This document shows, piece by piece, positions 46,076-56,199 of a stretch of DNA of 64,000 bases. The position numbers were made by a program, and so were the translations under genes. Each line of letters starts with the position of its first letter. The stretch's first letter is position 1. The notes beneath the pieces are model-generated. The model searched no databases, was not told the origin of the DNA, and saw nothing but the letters and a program-made list of their open reading frames with translations. The stretch comes from Planctomycetota bacterium (lineage in GTDB: Bacteria > Planctomycetota > UBA8742 > UBA2392), in contig JAIOJA010000008.1 of NCBI GenBank assembly GCA_019912315.1, positions 45,668 through 109,667 on the forward strand, read 5' to 3'.

Positions 46076-48703
46076 ATGATTCGATTCCAACTGACAATGC
46101 TCGCGGTCATCGCATCTCTGGCGACCGCGGTCGCCGCACAACAGGCCCCCGGACCCGGCGACCTGATCCCGCGCAGCGGCACCATCGCTTACATGACCAG
46201 CGACCGCCCTGACGCCCTGTACCGCCTGTTCGGGCGCGACACGAAGGGCGGCTGGAAACTCAAGAGCTTCACACGCGGCATGATGGACAAGCAGCACGCG
46301 GATGACCCGGATTCTGAAGAAGCCCTGCGTGACAAACAGATCTTCGATTACATTTTCGGCAGCTATGAAGCCGTTGAGCGCGTCGAAGTAGGCCTGGTTG
46401 ACGTGACCCTCGACGGGCCGAAGTACCTCGTGCATCTCAAGACACGCGAGGGCGCGAGCATCAACCCGCAGCCGGAATTCCTGAAAGAGTTTCTTGAGGA
46501 AACCAAGGAAGTCGGCGGGGTGAAGTACCATCTGTACCGTGTGCCGACCGACAAGCCGGAGGCGCCCGACGACTCCAGTGACGGCGAAGAACGTCGCGAA
46601 GAGCCTCGCAACGCCCTTGGCGACAACATGTACGGCATGGACCGCTACTATATCGCAAGCACGCCCAGAGGGTTGCTGGTGGCGAACTTCGAAACCACCA
46701 TGCGCGAAGCCCTGACACGCCTGTCCACCGGCGACTACAGCGACGCCCTGTCCGGTCGCGAAGAGTTCTCCGAATGGGTCAAGACCCGCACGCCGCACGA
46801 CTTCAGCGTTTTCATCATCGGGCGCGAAATCCAGAACGCCGTTGAGCGTCTGCTGCCCAGCGAGGACCAGGCTGGCGTTGACGCCGAAGGGATTTATCGC
46901 GGCGTGGACAAGTGGCTGCAGTTCCGCGAATACAAATACATTGTGTTCGACCTCGACTACGACGACGCCGCGCGCGGCATTACCGTGGCCGCCAGTTTCA
47001 AGACACGCCGCCCCACCCGACTGCTCGAAAAATTGGCCATCGAGCCGGCCGAATTCAAACTGCTCAAGTACGTGCCGGACGGCGCCATCCTGACCGCCGG
47101 TCTCCAGATCGGCGACGCGAAGCAGACGTTCGAGAACCTCCGCGAACTCGGCTACGACGTAGAGGAATGGGCGAACGAAATCAACGAGGCCATGCGCGGC
47201 GGAGGCTCCGGCCCTGACATGCCGCCCGAGGACGGCGACATCGAGCCCAAAAGCCTCGGCCCCATCGACATTCTGAAGTCCTTGCAGGATATGGAAGGCG
47301 AGTCCGAGCCCGGCTCTGAGGGTTCCGAAGGCGAGGGTGAAGAAGGCGGCGAAAGCGAAATCGACAAGGCCATGCGCGAGCTTGACGAGATGCTTGCAGA
47401 ATACGGCACCTCCCGCGACGCAATTCTCGGTGCTCTCGGCACGGAAGCGGTGGTCTTCGCCCTGCCGAACGTCGAGCGCGCGCGCGCGATGTCCAGCGGG
47501 CAGGTCGGCTTCGACGACCTGTTCAGCACCAGCGACCTCGGGGTAGCCATCGCCATCAAGGATGTCGCGAAGGCGAAGGCGATCCTGGCGACGGCCCGCG
47601 AAAACGACAAGGAAGGCGCATTCCGGGGCTTCACCGACGTCGGCTACCAAGGACGCACGTTCTCTGTCAGCCCGGAACAGCCTTACGGCTGGTGCTTCAC
47701 TGACGACGCGCTGCTGGTTGTCGTCGCCATGGGCGTATACGAGGAGGACGCTACCACACCGGTGATCGCCGGGCTCAAGGCCATGGCCGACTCCGCCACG
47801 CATACCACCACGGGCGGAAGCAGCTTCCTGAAGGAAGGCAGCAAGTTTCTTGAGCTCGACTTCGGGGCAATCACCCGTCTCACGAACCAACTGAACGAAG
47901 ACCTGTCGAAGCGTCTTGACCGCTACTCTCGTCCACCTCTGGACGCCAACCCGGTTGACGCGGCCACGGACCTGACCTTTGCCCTGCGCCTCAAGGAGTA
48001 CAAGGACGGCGTGGAGGTGGCGGTACGCATCGCGGGGCTGCCGGATTTCGGCCAGTTTCTTGACGGCGAGCTCAGCCCGTTCAACAGCGGGGGCAACGCC
48101 AAACGCAACGCCTACAACTACACGGAAGATAACCTGCGCACCCTGAGCGGCGCCCTGCACCGGCGCGTGGATTCCGGCGAGGCACCTGACCTTGACGCGA
48201 TGCTCAAGCTGGAGGACTTCCGCAAGGGCGTCCTGCAGGTCCCGTTCGATGCCCGCTGGCAGGGCGACATCAGCCTGATCGGGTGGACCACACTTGACCA
48301 GGTCGTGCGCGACGGCGAAGGCAAGCTGCCCGAATGGGTTGAAAAGGAAGCCGCCGACATGATCGAAAAGAACGAACAGCAGGACTACCGTTCGATCGTG
48401 CTGGCCAAGGGCAACATCAAGACGTGGCTCGAAAACTGGGAGTCAGGCTTCATTGTCGCCTACCAGGAAACGCCGGACACACTGGGCGGGCACGTTGTGC
48501 TCTACGCCGACGGCGTCACCGGCTGGCTATCCAGCGACGTGCTGCAACTCGCGTTGGACCTGAATGCGAAGGGTGAGCCCGTCCCCGCAGAAGAACGCTG
48601 GGACGAAAAGGGCGGCTGGGATGATGAGCCCCGCAAGGGCCCACCCCCAGGCAGCGGTCCACGTATCAAGGAAGACGATCCGTGGTTCCCGGGCCCCAAA
48701 TAA
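46076..48703 (+). CDS. Large secreted hypothetical protein (DUF3352-like), paralog B
   Basis: Signal peptide MIRFQLTMLAVIASLATAVAAQQ. Same overall architecture as the preceding gene (acidic stretches, conserved IA(T/S) core). Confidence 0.6.
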   Translation: MIRFQLTMLAVIASLATAVAAQQAPGPGDLIPRSGTIAYMTSDRPDALYRLFGRDTKGGWKLKSFTRGMMDKQHADDPDSEEALRDKQIFDYIFGSYEAVERVEVGLVDVTLDGPKYLVHLKTREGASINPQPEFLKEFLEETKEVGGVKYHLYRVPTDKPEAPDDSSDGEERREEPRNALGDNMYGMDRYYIASTPRGLLVANFETTMREALTRLSTGDYSDALSGREEFSEWVKTRTPHDFSVFIIGREIQNAVERLLPSEDQAGVDAEGIYRGVDKWLQFREYKYIVFDLDYDDAARGITVAASFKTRRPTRLLEKLAIEPAEFKLLKYVPDGAILTAGLQIGDAKQTFENLRELGYDVEEWANEINEAMRGGGSGPDMPPEDGDIEPKSLGPIDILKSLQDMEGESEPGSEGSEGEGEEGGESEIDKAMRELDEMLAEYGTSRDAILGALGTEAVVFALPNVERARAMSSGQVGFDDLFSTSDLGVAIAIKDVAKAKAILATARENDKEGAFRGFTDVGYQGRTFSVSPEQPYGWCFTDDALLVVVAMGVYEEDATTPVIAGLKAMADSATHTTTGGSSFLKEGSKFLELDFGAITRLTNQLNEDLSKRLDRYSRPPLDANPVDAATDLTFALRLKEYKDGVEVAVRIAGLPDFGQFLDGELSPFNSGGNAKRNAYNYTEDNLRTLSGALHRRVDSGEAPDLDAMLKLEDFRKGVLQVPFDARWQGDISLIGWTTLDQVVRDGEGKLPEWVEKEAADMIEKNEQQDYRSIVLAKGNIKTWLENWESGFIVAYQETPDTLGGHVVLYADGVTGWLSSDVLQLALDLNAKGEPVPAEERWDEKGGWDDEPRKGPPPGSGPRIKEDDPWFPGPK

Positions 48704-48726
48704 GGAATAGACAACGGCAAAACGAA

Positions 48727-48754
48727 CAGGACCCCGCGACATCGCGGGGTCCTG
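48727..48754. terminator. Perfect 13 bp stem-loop between convergent genes (likely bidirectional terminator)
   Basis: CAGGACCCCGCGA-CA-TCGCGGGGTCCTG. Confidence 0.5.
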
Positions 48755-48769
48755 TCACTTCTGGCGGGG

Positions 48770-49252
48770 CTACAGCACAACCGTTGTCTTGATTTCGTTG
48801 CGCTTGAAGTGCGCGATCTCGTTGGCCGGCACGCCCTCAATCAGCAGCTGGTTCACCAGGCGTTCGGCACGCTTGCGCGATTTGAAGGCCTGCGAGTGCA
48901 TCAGCCCCTCGTGAGTCCGGTACACGACCAGATGGTTGTCGAAGGCGTTCATGACAATCTTGTCGCGGTCGATGTCGCGGCGTCCCTTCAGCAGGGTCTT
49001 GCGCCTGCGCTCGCCGCGCGACTTCTTCTTCGGCGCGGTCTTCTCGCTGCGCTTCAGATCTGCTTCGGTCGCGAACATTTCAGACCACAGCCGATCGAAC
49101 GAGCCGTCCGCGTGGCCCTCGCGCAACTTGCGCACGTGCACGAAACTGAGCCCCTTGCCGAATTTCTCGCGCACTGCACGCGAAAGTTCCAACTGGTTGA
49201 TATTCGGGTCGCCTTCGAACAGGGAAGCGACAAAAGCTTTTTTGTCAGACAT
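48770..49252 (-). CDS. Hypothetical protein (160 aa) with a basic central region
   Basis: The ATG at 49252 gives MSDKKAFVASLFEGDPNINQLELSRAVREKFGKGLSFVHVRKLREGHADGSFDRLWSEMFATEADLKRSEKTAPKKKSRGERRRK…. Confidence 0.5.
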   Translation of the reverse strand: MSDKKAFVASLFEGDPNINQLELSRAVREKFGKGLSFVHVRKLREGHADGSFDRLWSEMFATEADLKRSEKTAPKKKSRGERRRKTLLKGRRDIDRDKIVMNAFDNHLVVYRTHEGLMHSQAFKSRKRAERLVNQLLIEGVPANEIAHFKRNEIKTTVVL

Positions 49253-49571
49253 GCTGCTCCTTTCATTCGCGCAAGCGCGCGCAGAGAGTCGATACAAGCG
49301 CCCGGGACACCCGGGCTTCTCTCCATTCGGAAGGAATGGGTTGCACGCTTTAGGGAGACTTCATACGCGTGATCGACCGCAACGAACGCACTGCTTTCCG
49401 ACCCGGTGTGAACCAACCCTCCGCTTTCCGCACGAACAAGGGAGGCGCCCCAAATCGCCCAGGATTTATCCACACGTTATGGGTTTGCACCTGTACCATG
49501 ACCCGTTGACTTACGCGGTCACTACGCCTTTGATTTGTGGACGCAAGGCAATACATACAGAAGGATGCACA

Positions 49572-51347
49572 ATGGTTGAGCCGACACAGCAGCCCAAGCG
49601 ACGCAAGCGCATCGCCATGGTACACCCCAAATTCCCGCCCTCGTTCTGGAGCTTCGGCTTCATTAAGGAAATCGGCGGCTTCAAGACCGTCATGCCGCCT
49701 CTCGGGCTTGCGACCCTGGCGGCGCTTACACCGCCTGAGTACGACGTCGTCATTGTCGATGAGAACGTCGAAGACCTGGATTTCGAGATCAACGCCGACT
49801 TGATCGTGCTGAGTTCCATGGCCATTCAGGAAGAGCGCATGTTCGAGGTCGCCGACGAGTTCCGTCGCCGCGGCTATTTCGTGTGCATGGGCGGGCCGAT
49901 CTGCAACGTGCTTCCAGGCCGCGCGCGCCCCCACTGCGATGTACTGTTCGAGGGCGAAGGCGAATACACCTGGAAGCAGTTCCTCTCCGAATGGGAAAAG
50001 GGCGAGCACAAGGACAACTACGTCCAGGAAGAAAAGGTTGACCTGCGCGATACACCCCCGCCCCGCATCGACCTGCTTCAAACCAGCGCATACCGCGTCG
50101 GCTGCATCCAGACCACGCGCGGCTGCCCGTTCAACTGCGAATTCTGCGACATCATCGTGACTTACGGGCGCAAGGTGCGCGCCAAGCCCATTGAGAACGT
50201 CATCACCGAACTTCAGACCTGGGCCGACGCCGGCGTCGACTTCGTGACCATCGCGGACGATAACCTTGTCGGCGACCGCATCTACGCCAAGAAGATGCTC
50301 AAGGCCGTCGGCGACTGGAACCGCGCTCGCAAGTATCCGCTCGCGTTCTACGTTGAAATGAGCGTAGACGCCGCCCGCGACGTCGAATTCCTTGAGCTGC
50401 TGCGCTGGGCCAACGTGGTCGAAACATTCCTTGGTATCGAGTCGCCAAAAGCTGAGCAGCTGAAGGAAACCAAAAAGTTCCAGAACGCCGCCACTCCGCT
50501 GCTGGACGCGATCAAGATTATCCAGAGCTACGGCGTCGTGATTGCCGCTGGCATGATCGTCGGGTTTGACAACGACGACATCGGCATCTTCGAAGACCAG
50601 TACACATTCCTGCAAATGGCGGGCATCCCGATTGCGATGCTCGGCATTTTGCAGGCGATTCCACGCACGCCGCTCTATGAGCGCATTGAGAAGGCTGGGC
50701 GTCTGCGCAGTGCCGCACAGGGCAACAACACACTCAGCGTCACGAATATCGAGCCGCTGAAGATGACCTACGAAGAGCTGGTCACCGGCTATCGCGACCT
50801 GTTCCTGCGCTCGTACACGTTGGATGCGATCGGCGAACGCTGGCTGACCAACGTCAAGCAGTGGGGCAAGCATCGGGATGTTCCGCCGTTCCCCGGCAAG
50901 AAGGACGACGAGCCCAACCCGGCCGACAATCCGACGCGCAAGTGGATCCAGAAGCCGCTGGGGCGCCCACGCATCCACCTGCTGTTTGCGACCATGCTGA
51001 TCCTGAAATACTATTTCGCGGGCGGCAAAGAGAAGCGCAACTTCGCGCTTAAGATGATGTGGGGCACGCTGAAGTACCAGCCCAGCGCGTTCATGCAGAC
51101 CATGAACTATCTGGCCTACTTCATTCACCTGCGCGAGTACGCCGACAAGGTGGTTGCCCACGACGCCAAGTTCAACTACGTCTTCGACGACAAGAACCTC
51201 AGCGCCAAGAGCTTGGGCGAAGATGGGCACATCAATATGGTAAAGAACGAGAAGTCCAAGAAGACCAAGATCAACGTCAACGACGCCTACGACGGCGCCG
51301 AAGTCAGTGCGGACGTTGCGGCCGACCTGGAAGTCGCGGCCAAGTAG
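49572..51347 (+). CDS. B12-binding-domain radical SAM protein with a DUF4070-type C-terminal extension
   Basis: AAGGA RBS. N-terminal cobalamin-binding Rossmann-like region. Radical-SAM cysteine motif CPFNCEFC. About 590 aa. The track ORF start at 48936 is an artefactual upstream extension. Confidence 0.75.
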   Translation: MVEPTQQPKRRKRIAMVHPKFPPSFWSFGFIKEIGGFKTVMPPLGLATLAALTPPEYDVVIVDENVEDLDFEINADLIVLSSMAIQEERMFEVADEFRRRGYFVCMGGPICNVLPGRARPHCDVLFEGEGEYTWKQFLSEWEKGEHKDNYVQEEKVDLRDTPPPRIDLLQTSAYRVGCIQTTRGCPFNCEFCDIIVTYGRKVRAKPIENVITELQTWADAGVDFVTIADDNLVGDRIYAKKMLKAVGDWNRARKYPLAFYVEMSVDAARDVEFLELLRWANVVETFLGIESPKAEQLKETKKFQNAATPLLDAIKIIQSYGVVIAAGMIVGFDNDDIGIFEDQYTFLQMAGIPIAMLGILQAIPRTPLYERIEKAGRLRSAAQGNNTLSVTNIEPLKMTYEELVTGYRDLFLRSYTLDAIGERWLTNVKQWGKHRDVPPFPGKKDDEPNPADNPTRKWIQKPLGRPRIHLLFATMLILKYYFAGGKEKRNFALKMMWGTLKYQPSAFMQTMNYLAYFIHLREYADKVVAHDAKFNYVFDDKNLSAKSLGEDGHINMVKNEKSKKTKINVNDAYDGAEVSADVAADLEVAAK

Positions 51348-51441
51348 TCCTGATTGTTCAGAAAACCGGGACGCCTCGGCGTCCCGGTTTTCATTTGTTC
51401 AGGTTGCCCTTGGGCGTGCCGATAAACACAATAGGCGGAAC

Positions 51442-53655
51442 ATGAACCAGTCCCGGTTGTTGATCATCCTGTTCGCCGCGCTATTGATTGGCGCCGCAAG
51501 CGCGTGGTTCGTCTTCAGCGACGACGACGGGCAGGCAAACCCTGTTGCAACGGCATTGGGCGAGCTCGGCGGCCCCGCCGCCGCCGAGCTCGCACCCCTG
51601 GATGTCGATCAACCTGATAATCCCACAGCGCCCAAGCCAGGCAACCATCCCCCACCGCTGGAGATCGACGGGTCTGTTGAAACCGGCGAAAGGACGGCAA
51701 CCGACCATGATGAAAGCACCCCCGGGCGCACGGATGGGAGCCGCCAAGGTCAGCCGGGGTCAACGCCCGGCAGCAATCCGACACCGGGCGACAGCGGCGG
51801 CAAACCCGCGGGCAAAGGCACTCCGCCCCCGCCGCGCAAGCCTACACGCGCCGAACAGGAGGAGCAGCGCCGCGTTGACAGCGGGCGGCCCGCCTTGCAG
51901 CGCAAATTGAAGCGCACACCCGCGGGTATCGGCAGCGCCGGTGACTTGGCCAAGTCGCCCGACCAGGAGAAATGGACCGAGCAGTGGCACGCGGAGGGCT
52001 TTACACCGCCTGAAATGACCTCCACGCCCGTCCACGGAAAAATTATGAGCGAGGATGCCCGCGAAGGGCTTGCGGAAGCGACCGTCGGGCTCATCAGTTT
52101 CTTCCCCCTCGACGGCATCGCCGGCGGCACGTTGCTGCCGGTGATCACGGAGTTCAAAACCGACGCCAACGGCTTCTTCGGCGGCGACATTCCCGCCAGC
52201 AAACTGGCGCCGCACAACTATCCGCGCGTTGCTATTTCCGTTACGTGGTCGGGCTACCGCGTGATTGCGGGTTCGCCGCTTGCGTCATTGGAAGTCGGCA
52301 AGCAGAACGAGTTCGGAATCATATGGGCGCCGCAAACGCCGTTCGTGCTTAACGCCGACGCCACGCAGTTCAACGGGGAACTGCGCGTGGTCAGCACCGG
52401 CGAGTTGGACCCGCAGCGCTGGCACATTGAAAAGCGCGCGCAGACTTTCGCGTACTTTCCCGGGTTCAACGTGGCAAAAGAGGTCCCCGGGGAAGGCGAG
52501 ACCAGTGCCGAGCAAGGCTTCGCCGAAGTCATCGGAACCTGGGATGGTAAAAACACTCCATATGTTTCACTGCTGGGCGGCAACGAGTTACTTCAGACAC
52601 GGCGCCCCCTGCCCGCGACGATCGTGTCAAACAACTCCGGCGGCGCACCGGCCCTGCCCTTCGAAACCCTGGTGTTTGAAAACGACGGCTTCACGCCGAT
52701 CAGCGGGCAGGTCGTTGACAGCCAAGGGGGCGCGATTGCCGGCGCGACGGTTTCCACTGTAGGCGGTGACCTGTCCCAGACGCTTGTGAGCGACGCCGGC
52801 GGCTGGTTCGTGTTCAACGACCCGCCCGAGAAAACCACGGCCCTGCACTGCGTGCATGAGGATTACGTCGAGAATCGCCTGACGCCGGTAGTGCCGGGCG
52901 ATTCCAACATGACCATCGTACTCGATACGCCGCGCCCGCGCATTCACCTGTTCGTGACCGACAAGTACACACAGGCGCCGATTCTTGATCTCAGCGTCAA
53001 GGTAATCGGGCTCGCCGCCTGGGGCCCGAAGAAGGGCAAGGCTCTGCCTGAGGCATTCACAACACTGACCTCTGCGGACGGGCACTTCCTGTTGGAGTGG
53101 GAGTTCGCGATCAAGAACATCACCCTGGAAAAGATCGGCTACTTCCCGAAGGTCTACACCAACCCCGATGCGATCCAGCAACAATCCAGCGGACAGATTG
53201 ACGTGCAGTTCGCGCCGAGCAGAAAGCTCGAAATCAATCCGCGTGATTACACCGGCGTCGAGGACGCCAACCGCTGGTTCAAGGATCCGAACAACGGACC
53301 CGGCATCTACACGGCCTGGTCGCATCACTGGATTGAATATGAAGTGGATTTCGGTGACGAGGTAGAAGAAGGCGAACAGGGCGGCAAGTTCGACATCATG
53401 CTTGGCTGCACGAACCACGGCATCGTGGACAACGACTACGAGTTCAGCGTGGACGTTTACGTTGATGGTGTGAAACAGAAGAGCGCGCTGAAAATGCTGG
53501 CCGACAGCCTGAACGAACGCACGGACCGCATGGCGCTCGGGGCGCTGTCGGGTGTACACACGGTTCGACTGGTGTGGACCAACGACAAGTGGATCCCCGA
53601 TCAACTCGACGCCAACATCCGCTACGGCAGTCTCAAATTCATCGAGCAGCCGTGA
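51442..53655 (+). CDS. Secreted hypothetical protein with Pro-rich linker and carboxypeptidase-regulatory-like (transthyretin-fold) domains
   Basis: Signal/anchor MNQSRLLIILFAALLIGAASAWFVF. Pro/Gly-rich segment. CarbopepD_reg-like motifs (GQVVDSQGGAIAGATVSTVGG…; GKIMSEDAREGLAEATVGL). Confidence 0.55.
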   Translation: MNQSRLLIILFAALLIGAASAWFVFSDDDGQANPVATALGELGGPAAAELAPLDVDQPDNPTAPKPGNHPPPLEIDGSVETGERTATDHDESTPGRTDGSRQGQPGSTPGSNPTPGDSGGKPAGKGTPPPPRKPTRAEQEEQRRVDSGRPALQRKLKRTPAGIGSAGDLAKSPDQEKWTEQWHAEGFTPPEMTSTPVHGKIMSEDAREGLAEATVGLISFFPLDGIAGGTLLPVITEFKTDANGFFGGDIPASKLAPHNYPRVAISVTWSGYRVIAGSPLASLEVGKQNEFGIIWAPQTPFVLNADATQFNGELRVVSTGELDPQRWHIEKRAQTFAYFPGFNVAKEVPGEGETSAEQGFAEVIGTWDGKNTPYVSLLGGNELLQTRRPLPATIVSNNSGGAPALPFETLVFENDGFTPISGQVVDSQGGAIAGATVSTVGGDLSQTLVSDAGGWFVFNDPPEKTTALHCVHEDYVENRLTPVVPGDSNMTIVLDTPRPRIHLFVTDKYTQAPILDLSVKVIGLAAWGPKKGKALPEAFTTLTSADGHFLLEWEFAIKNITLEKIGYFPKVYTNPDAIQQQSSGQIDVQFAPSRKLEINPRDYTGVEDANRWFKDPNNGPGIYTAWSHHWIEYEVDFGDEVEEGEQGGKFDIMLGCTNHGIVDNDYEFSVDVYVDGVKQKSALKMLADSLNERTDRMALGALSGVHTVRLVWTNDKWIPDQLDANIRYGSLKFIEQP

Positions 53656-53714
53656 CCGGTCTATTGACCAACATCACCATTACAAAACGGGCCGGAATTT
53701 GGCCCGTTTTGTAA

Positions 53715-53804
<90 letters not shown>

Positions 53805-54108
53805 GCGAGTGCGCCTCCTGGTACTGCCGGCAAGCGTCGAGATTGTATACCTTATGCCAACGCACGGATTACCGCCACTGGGCGTCGCGACGCCGCCTGG
53901 GGCCTCGCTTGTCCGGCGTTTCGTGCGGGCGCAAATCCCTATGACCGCACGTTGACAGCCCCCACCGCGACCAATACACTCCCCGCCCTAGATTTGGCGG
54001 GTTATCGCCTCGCGTGTGCGCGGCGCCCCGTCACGACTGCTGAATGAAGCCAACGCCGGGGTTGTCGTTGTAACGACCCCACCAGGGCCGCGGCTTCCAC
54101 GAGAAGAC

Positions 54109-55164
54109 ATGAGCGACGAAAGCATTAACGCCATTCTGGACGAGAAGGCGCCGGCCACATGGTCGGACAGCGTCCCGGCCGTTTCGCCGGAAACCCTGAT
54201 TGAATCCGGCTTCCATTTCGGACACCGCGCGGCGCGCTGGAACCCGAAGATGAAGCCGTTCATCAAGGACAAGCGCAACGGTATTCACATCATCAACCTG
54301 AAAGAGAGTCTGCGCGGCGTGATTACCGCCCGGCACTTTCTGCGCAACCTGACAAGCACGGGTGCCAAAGTGCTGTTCGTCGGCACCAAGCGCCAGGCCA
54401 AAGATATCATCCGCAACCAGGCTCAGCGCGCGGGCCAGGCGTTCATGTGTGAGCGCTGGCTGGGCGGCACGCTAACCAACTTCGCCACGATCCGTCGTCG
54501 CCTGTCGCGCCTTGAAATCCTCGAGAAGCTGCACACCAGCGGCAAACTCGCGGCCATGCCCAAGAAGATGCAGTCGGTACTCAACCGCGAAAAGGGCAAA
54601 ATCGAGAACAACCTCGACGGTCTGCGCAATCTGGACCGCCTGCCGGCCGCCATGGTTGTGGTAGACGCCGGGCAAGAGGAAATCGCGATCCTTGAGGCCA
54701 ACAAGCTCGAGATTCCGATCATCGCAATCGTGGACACAAACAGCAGCCCGGACCTGATCGACATCGTGATCCCCGGCAACGACGACAGCGTGCGCGGCCT
54801 GCAGATCGTGCTGAAGTCGCTGGCCGACTCGTGCATTGAAGGGCGCAAGCTTCATGAATCGGGCCAGGGCATGCAGTCCAAGCTCGATATCCGCGCGTTT
54901 GACGACGCGCCGGCGGCCAAAAAGCCCGAACGCGGTCAGCGCCGCCCGCAGCGCGACCGCGGCGGACGCACCCGTCACGCCCGCACCGCCGAGCAAAAAG
55001 CGGCCGTTGACCAGAGCGCCGAGGAAGCAGCCAAGCAGGCCGAGGCCCAGAGCAAAGAAGCTCCGCCTCCGACCGTGCGCCGCAAGCCGCCGGCCAAAAA
55101 GCCTGACGCGAAACCTGAAGCACCGAAGGCGGAAGCCGCACCGGCACCGAAGGCTGACAGCTAG
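54109..55164 (+). CDS. rpsB: 30S ribosomal protein S2, with an Ala/Lys/Pro-rich C-terminal extension of about 95 aa
   Basis: Conserved S2 core (GFHFGHRAARWNPKMKPFI; VLFVGTKRQA; ERWLGGTLTNF; VVDAGQEEIAILEANKLEIPIIAIVDTNS). Confidence 0.9.
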   Translation: MSDESINAILDEKAPATWSDSVPAVSPETLIESGFHFGHRAARWNPKMKPFIKDKRNGIHIINLKESLRGVITARHFLRNLTSTGAKVLFVGTKRQAKDIIRNQAQRAGQAFMCERWLGGTLTNFATIRRRLSRLEILEKLHTSGKLAAMPKKMQSVLNREKGKIENNLDGLRNLDRLPAAMVVVDAGQEEIAILEANKLEIPIIAIVDTNSSPDLIDIVIPGNDDSVRGLQIVLKSLADSCIEGRKLHESGQGMQSKLDIRAFDDAPAAKKPERGQRRPQRDRGGRTRHARTAEQKAAVDQSAEEAAKQAEAQSKEAPPPTVRRKPPAKKPDAKPEAPKAEAAPAPKADS

Positions 55165-55248
55165 ACCGCAACTATTGAGCGTTTAGACAACACGGGGCGC
55201 TCGCTTTGAGCGCCCCAGCACTTACGAGACTATCAGACGAGGACAGCC

Positions 55249-56094
55249 ATGGCCGAGATTACCGTTGCCCTGATCAAGGAACTCCGCGAGCGCACAGGCT
55301 GCGGAATGATGGACGCCAAGCGCGCATTGCAGGAAAGCGGCGGCGACGTCCAGAAAGCCATCGACGACCTGCGCAAGAAGGGTGAAGTCAAGGCCGACAA
55401 TAAGGCCGGTCGCGCCACAACGGAGGGTCGCGTCGGCATCGAGATCGGCGGCAAGGCGGCTGCGGTCGTCGCGGTACAAAGCGAAACTGACTTCACAGCC
55501 AACAATGATGAATTCCAAGTGCTCGTCGGCAGCATCGCCAAGGCCATTCATGCCTCGGAAGGTGAGCCCTCGGAGTTGAAAGTCGCGAGCGGCGGCACCG
55601 TGGGCGAGGCGATCAAAGCCCTCGTTGCCAAAACCGGCGAGAACATGCAGATCGGCAAGCACGCCCGCCTGACCGTCGACAACGGCTACTTCGGGCACTA
55701 CCTGCACAGCGACAGCAAACTCGGCGTGATTGTGAAGATCGAAGGCGGCGACGGAGGCAGCGACGCTGAGAAGGCTCTCGCCAAAGACATCGCCATGCAC
55801 GCGGCGGCCACGAACCCCCTCGGACTTACAAAGGAAGACGTACCTGCGGACGTGATCGCCAAGGAGCGGGAAATCGCGCTCGATCAGGCCAGGCAGAGCG
55901 GCAAGCCGGAGAACATCCAGGAGAAGATCGCCGAAGGCAAGGTAAACGCGTTCTTCAAAGAGCAGACCCTGCTGGCGCAGCCGTTCGTGAAGGACACGTC
56001 GGTGACCGTGGAGCAGCACGTGGCAAACGTGGCCAAGGAATCCGGCAAGCCCCTGAAGCTGACGGGCTACGCCCGCATCAAGGTAGGCGGATAG
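55249..56094 (+). CDS. tsf: Elongation factor Ts
   Basis: N-terminal UBA-like motif (ITVALIKELRERTGCGMMDAKRAL) and EF-Ts dimerisation/core regions. Directly downstream of rpsB. Confidence 0.9.
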   Translation: MAEITVALIKELRERTGCGMMDAKRALQESGGDVQKAIDDLRKKGEVKADNKAGRATTEGRVGIEIGGKAAAVVAVQSETDFTANNDEFQVLVGSIAKAIHASEGEPSELKVASGGTVGEAIKALVAKTGENMQIGKHARLTVDNGYFGHYLHSDSKLGVIVKIEGGDGGSDAEKALAKDIAMHAAATNPLGLTKEDVPADVIAKEREIALDQARQSGKPENIQEKIAEGKVNAFFKEQTLLAQPFVKDTSVTVEQHVANVAKESGKPLKLTGYARIKVGG

Positions 56095-56120
56095 ACGCGG
56101 CCGGAACGCGGATTAAACAT

Positions 56121-56150
56121 GAAGGGCCGGCTCGGGAGGGCCGGCCCTTC
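56121..56150. terminator. 10 bp perfect stem-loop between convergent tsf and the FHA-CAP gene
   Basis: GAAGGGCCGG-N10-CCGGCCCTTC. T/A-rich flank on the minus-strand side. Confidence 0.45.
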
Positions 56151-56199
56151 TTAGTCGGGCAGCGCTGGGCACCACTGCCTGACCACCTTTTGATGGCGA

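Noticed and set aside
45272-48160. 962 aa minus-strand ORF (and 43976-45202, 408 aa) antisense to the two secreted-protein genes
   Set aside because: Arg/Ala/Gly/Val-dominated composition typical of antisense frames in GC-rich DNA. No signal or domain signatures. The plus-strand frames have signal peptides, balanced composition and G/C-rich third positions.
49350-51230. 626 aa minus-strand ORF antisense to the B12 radical SAM gene
   Set aside because: The opposite strand encodes a protein with a canonical CxxxCxxC radical-SAM motif and B12-binding domain. The antisense product is low-complexity.
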